Assembly (NCBI GenBank): GCA_030141605.1
Contig: JAQGDQ010002138.1
Location: forward strand, 1 to 13,507
Length of the DNA: 13,507 bases
Source: Tubiluchus corallicola
Taxonomy: Eukaryota; Animalia; Priapulida
Direction: 5' to 3'
Made by a program: the position numbers and the translations under genes
In this document: piece by piece, positions 9,888 through 13,507 of the stretch
Position numbering within the stretch: position 1 is the first letter of the stretch
Layout: each line of letters starts with the position of its first letter
Notes under the pieces: model-generated
What the model was told of the DNA's origin: nothing
Databases searched by the model: none
The model's input: only the letters and a program-made list of their open reading frames with translations

Positions 9888-9914
9888 CTGCTTAACTAAA
9901 ATGCAACTATATAG

Positions 9915-10017
9915 GTACAGCTGCTAAGACAGGCCTTGACTTTGAAAACTTTGAAAACGATTGTACTTCACAATGTCACAACGCTGCAGGGCTTGCTGCC
10001 ATTAAGTGTGAGGGTCG
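9915..10017 (+). CDS. Candidate internal coding exon (hypothetical; possibly a trypsin-like protein)
   Basis: AG| at 9914 with a weak pyrimidine tract; open frame (G)TAAKTGLDFENFENDCTSQCHNAAGLAAIKCEG(R); donor CG|GTGAGA at 10017. Phase-compatible with 12825-13074. Confidence 0.25.
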
Positions 10018-10157
10018 GTGAGACCTTAACACGTCAAACAACTGAAAATTCAGCAGGTGAACACCAAAATATTCCAGCACTGCAGTCCCTGCTGGCTATA
10101 CAGAAGTAGCTGAAGCAATCCATGCCTCCTGGACGATAAAAGATAGACAAACATGTA

Positions 10158-10700
10158 GGGGAGGCCCGGGTAAAGCGGATCACTTAAGGGTTTTCGCTCA
10201 TAGAGTTCAAGACGTTTGATCTGTAACAATCAATTACATGCCCTATTCTTCTATAGGAAACTCTGCTATATTCGTGTGGTAAAAACTTATAATTACTATT
10301 ACTCGTTTAACAGATAATTCCGAAATACGAAACCAAAAATTTTAGGGCAAAGTGGATCTTTTCCGGGCATAGTGGATCATACCGGAGCGGTTAAGCTCAA
10401 CATAACTAACAATAGGAAGCAGCAATGAACCATCCATCATATGTAAAAACAGTAGAGAATAAATCTGCACTAAGTGGAATTTATCATCATGATCTATAAA
10501 AGTGAAAAATCGCAAGAAAGTGGGTGAAAAACTTACTTTTGTGTACCGCGTTTAGATAAACTTTGCAAAGGTCAAGGTCGTTCATGCAGAGAACACAATA
10601 GATGATGGCGTAATATCACACAGTGCGTAGACCGCGACGCCTTACGGAAAAAAGAGCAAACACATTTGATCCGCTTTGCCCACTTTACCTGGGTCTCCCC
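10158..10700. mobile_element. TA-flanked MITE, 543 bp (Tc1/mariner/pogo-like)
   Basis: TIR GGGGAGRCCCRGGTAAAG (10158-10175 / 10683-10700, 16/18); TA at 10156-10157 and 10701-10702. Motif GGGYAWAGYGGATC at 10168, 10345, 10365 and inverted at ~10668-10681. Confidence 0.88.
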
Positions 10701-10702
10701 TA

Positions 10703-10729
10703 CCTATATATATATATAGGTATATATAT
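10703..10729. repeat. (TA)n tract
   Basis: CCTATATATATATATAGGTATATATAT immediately after the MITE. Confidence 0.85.
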
Positions 10730-11175
10730 TAATTCTTTATTTGTCATTAAAATGGTTCACTCATTATAATAAAATTGAGTAATTCTCAGCGTAATGTTAA
10801 AAACAACACTGTTCAAGACAAATGCGTCAAGTGCATACTAAAAAAACCAAAGTGCAAAACTAAGGCCTAATTATATACAATAAATGAACATATTTACAAA
10901 CACCATATTAAAATATTTTTACAAAACAATATTACCAAAATACATTAAATTTTACATGACATATTTTACACTATATATACATTTAACATGACACAATTAA
11001 CAGAAACATGTTTTACATTACATAAATTTCACTCATTACATTTACACTATTTATACATTTGACATTACAAATGACCTTATTAGACATTTAGAATAATTAA
11101 AAACTAGTTCAGAGAAAGCGTCTTTGCGGCGCTTATTTGGGGTCTTCGATGGACATCTATATATTATCTTTTTCT

Positions 11176-11214
11176 ATGTATATATATATATATTTAGATA
11201 TATATATATATATA
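11176..11214. repeat. (TA)n microsatellite, interrupted
   Basis: Two TA runs separated by TTAGA. Confidence 0.88.
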
Positions 11215-11256
11215 TTTAAATAGTTGGGCAATGAAGCCAGTCCGATGTGCGTTTAA

Positions 11257-11290
11257 CCCTTTCGTACCCATTGTATCCCGTGGGATACAA
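11257..11290 (+). mobile_element. piggyBac-type terminus (element extent to the right unknown)
   Basis: TTAA (11253-11256) followed by CCCTTTCGTACCC and the subterminal palindrome TTGTATCCC-GT-GGGATACAA (11271-11290). No matching AAGGG|TTAA end found in the window. Confidence 0.6.
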
Positions 11291-12270
11291 GAATATTTTT
11301 TGCCTTTAAAATTAATGAAATTTTAAAACTGACAGTTATTTGATCTGTTAATAGTTATTTTGATTCAAGCCAATAACAATAGACTAAAAATGGTGATAAA
11401 ATGGCAAACTAGAAAATCTACATAGCATAAAAAACTGCGAAAAGTACAGTACTTTAGAGACGACTTTGTACAGATCAGCATAGCATGCATACTAAATGTC
11501 TTAAATACTTTAACAAATTATCACCAGTTGTAAATATATTTAAAGTACTACAATGATGTTACAGAAAAGTTATATAAGCACTTCAATGTAAATACTCCAG
11601 AATTTTTCCATATGCTGATAAATCTTTATTCTTGATGGTAAGTGATGACGTAATGACTTAGAAGTAATTAAAGCATTCAATGATTATGTTGAAAAAGCGT
11701 TTTTAAGGCATGAATAATAATGTACTATGTTATGTACCACTACAATGTTATGATCATATCATTGAAAATGAGGCCTAATGAATGACAATTTATTTTAAAT
11801 ACTAATCATTACACTTTTCATTAAATAACTAAAATAACTAACAGGACGATTTAATAATATTTGTTTTAACAGTAATTGTTTTGTTTGTATAATTATAGTG
11901 TCATTATATTTCATAATTGAAACTGTATATATATATTTTGTTTTTTGTTTTTTTTTTTTTTGTGTGTGTGTGGTTGTGTGTCTTGTTTTTTGTATATTTC
12001 AAAATTGAAATTGTATGTATGTCTTGTATGTATTTTCGACACTAATAAATAAATATCTAAATAAAGACAGATAGCTGTATGCAGCGCCAGATCAAGATCC
12101 TAAGAGACTCTATATAACAGCTAGTCTTAAGAAACACGAATCTTAATTTCTAACCCTATGAAATTTTATTAAGCTGACAAAGAATTAACATAAATCTTGT
12201 TAGTTACACAGTCAGGGTCAGTCGACTCTGTGGTGAAATGATTACAATTGCGCACTTCATCATCTTACTT

Positions 12271-12491
12271 GCCTCCGTCTGGGAGGTCGTGAGTTCGAAC
12301 CAGCGGCCGGGTCATACCAAAGACTTTAAAAATGGTACCAGCAGTTGCTCTGCCTGACGCGTGGTATTTAGGGTAAAAGTGAGGATAATAATAGTCTCTG
12401 TTATGTAGTTGTAGGTTGTTATTTACAGTCGGCGATAATAGCTCTTTGAGCTAATGTTAATTGTTGACCCAAAAGCTGACTTTAAATAAAG
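12271..12491 (+). mobile_element. Second copy of the tRNA-derived SINE, 5'-truncated (A box missing)
   Basis: TCCGTCTGGGAGGTCGTGAGTTCGAACC...CATACCAAAGACTTTAAAAATGGTACC...AAAAGCTGACTTTAAATAAAG is the reverse-complement homologue of 2040-2290. Confidence 0.88.
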
Positions 12492-12561
12492 ATTATTATT
12501 ATTATTATTATTTATTATTATATTATTACTACTATTCTTCTTCTTCTTCTTCTTCTTCTTA

Positions 12562-12659
<98 letters not shown>
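12492..12659. repeat. (ATT)n microsatellite with internal (TTC)n; expanded SINE tail
   Basis: Directly follows the SINE 3' end. Accounts for the poly-N and poly-Y ORFs. Confidence 0.96.
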
Positions 12660-12824
12660 GAGTTTTTCATGTTCTTTGGAAAGAAATTTGTTGTACATGT
12701 ACGTGTTCCTATTTTTACACTCTACTAATTTTACGCTTTAGAAAAAAAAACATCAAAAGCTACCTACATGAAACGAGAAGGACACCTACAAACAAGTGAG
12801 TACTTACGGTGAGTAATTGTGTAG

Positions 12825-13074
12825 AGGAGTAAACGTTCCAAATCAGGAGTGGAGCATGCTCACTGACTCCTGCAGCCAATCTGCTGCCAAATGTATCGCT
12901 CCGCTTTCCTTTGGACTACACCAGGGAGGAAGAGAGGGGGTTTCTGTTGTCTGGGCAACTCAGGATCTCCATACACCTTGCCCAGGCATGCGCTTTCCCC
13001 AGGACTTTAGCTGTGTGATTTCACATTATAAATCTTGGCTACATAAACAGATCAAGAAATTCACTTTTCCATGA
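12825..13074 (+). CDS. Candidate terminal coding exon; weak resemblance to a trypsin-like (S1) C-terminus lacking the catalytic GDSGG motif
   Basis: GC-richer island with an 85-codon open frame, gtgtAG| at 12824, stop at 13072-13074 and AATAAA near 13324. Pattern DSC...APL...GVSVVWA...PC...VISHYKSWLHKQI. Confidence 0.3.
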
Positions 13075-13439
13075 CCTGTAGGATTCAAGCTTGTTTAGGC
13101 ATTCTTAAAGTAACCAATGAGAGGAAAGCATGCATGCATTAAACTCAGATACGTTACTTGTACATACGTTTATTCGCCAGAGCATCTCATACATACGTGT
13201 ACAAATGCAAAACAAAACTGGTTCATCTTTTAAACAACTATGCAATTTAAGTTAATTGTTAACATCTATAAATGAATCTATATGAAAACGGTACATGTTT
13301 ATTTGGCTTGCGCAGGCATTTAAAATAAACAATGTAGCTTGGACATGCAGTAGTACAGGCTGATAGGGCCCGAAAATAGGGCGCCATCACACGCGATGAT
13401 GGCAAAATAAAAGTAAAAATCTAAAATATATTTGTCCTC

Positions 13440-13507
13440 ACTATCATTGACGTACATTGTCATCATCGTCATCGTTACAACTATCATTATCGTCATCATC
13501 ATAGTCA
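13440..13507. repeat. Degenerate (TCA/TCG)n trinucleotide tract
   Basis: tcatcatcgtcatcg-like units running to the right edge. Confidence 0.6.

Noticed and set aside
10730-11100. Minus-strand LINE 3' UTR (AC-rich tract with TTTATT next to the TA repeat)
   Set aside because: Composition is suggestive, but I found no ORF2 remnant, target duplication or second copy.
12423-12698. Poly-Asn and poly-Tyr ORFs
   Set aside because: Translations of the (ATT)n/(TTC)n SINE tail.

Overview
AT-rich, repeat-saturated eukaryotic DNA, most likely from an invertebrate animal; not prokaryotic. The one well-supported host gene segment is the first coding exon of an alpha-arrestin (arrestin-N domain) gene on the minus strand (431->278), which the ORF track missed. 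Two lower-confidence plus-strand candidate exons (9915-10017, 12825-13074) splice in frame and loosely resemble a divergent trypsin-like C-terminus. The rest is a nested set of mobile elements: an internally deleted Tc1 (DD34E), a pogo-like element (HTH only, frameshifted), two TA-flanked MITEs, a piggyBac-type end, two opposite-orientation copies of a tRNA-derived SINE, CR1/L2-group and RTE-like LINE 3' remnants, and a possible 4.36 kb TTAA-flanked element with 45-bp inverted repeats. The most unusual observation is two tandem arrays that seem to be built from retroposon ends: a 34-bp x ~28.8 array made of LINE ORF2 coding sequence at the 5' truncation point, and a 150-bp x 5 alternating array of a probable retroposon 3' end. 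There is no CRISPR array, and most ORFs in the track are microsatellite artefacts. All family assignments come from motif recall, not database searches.
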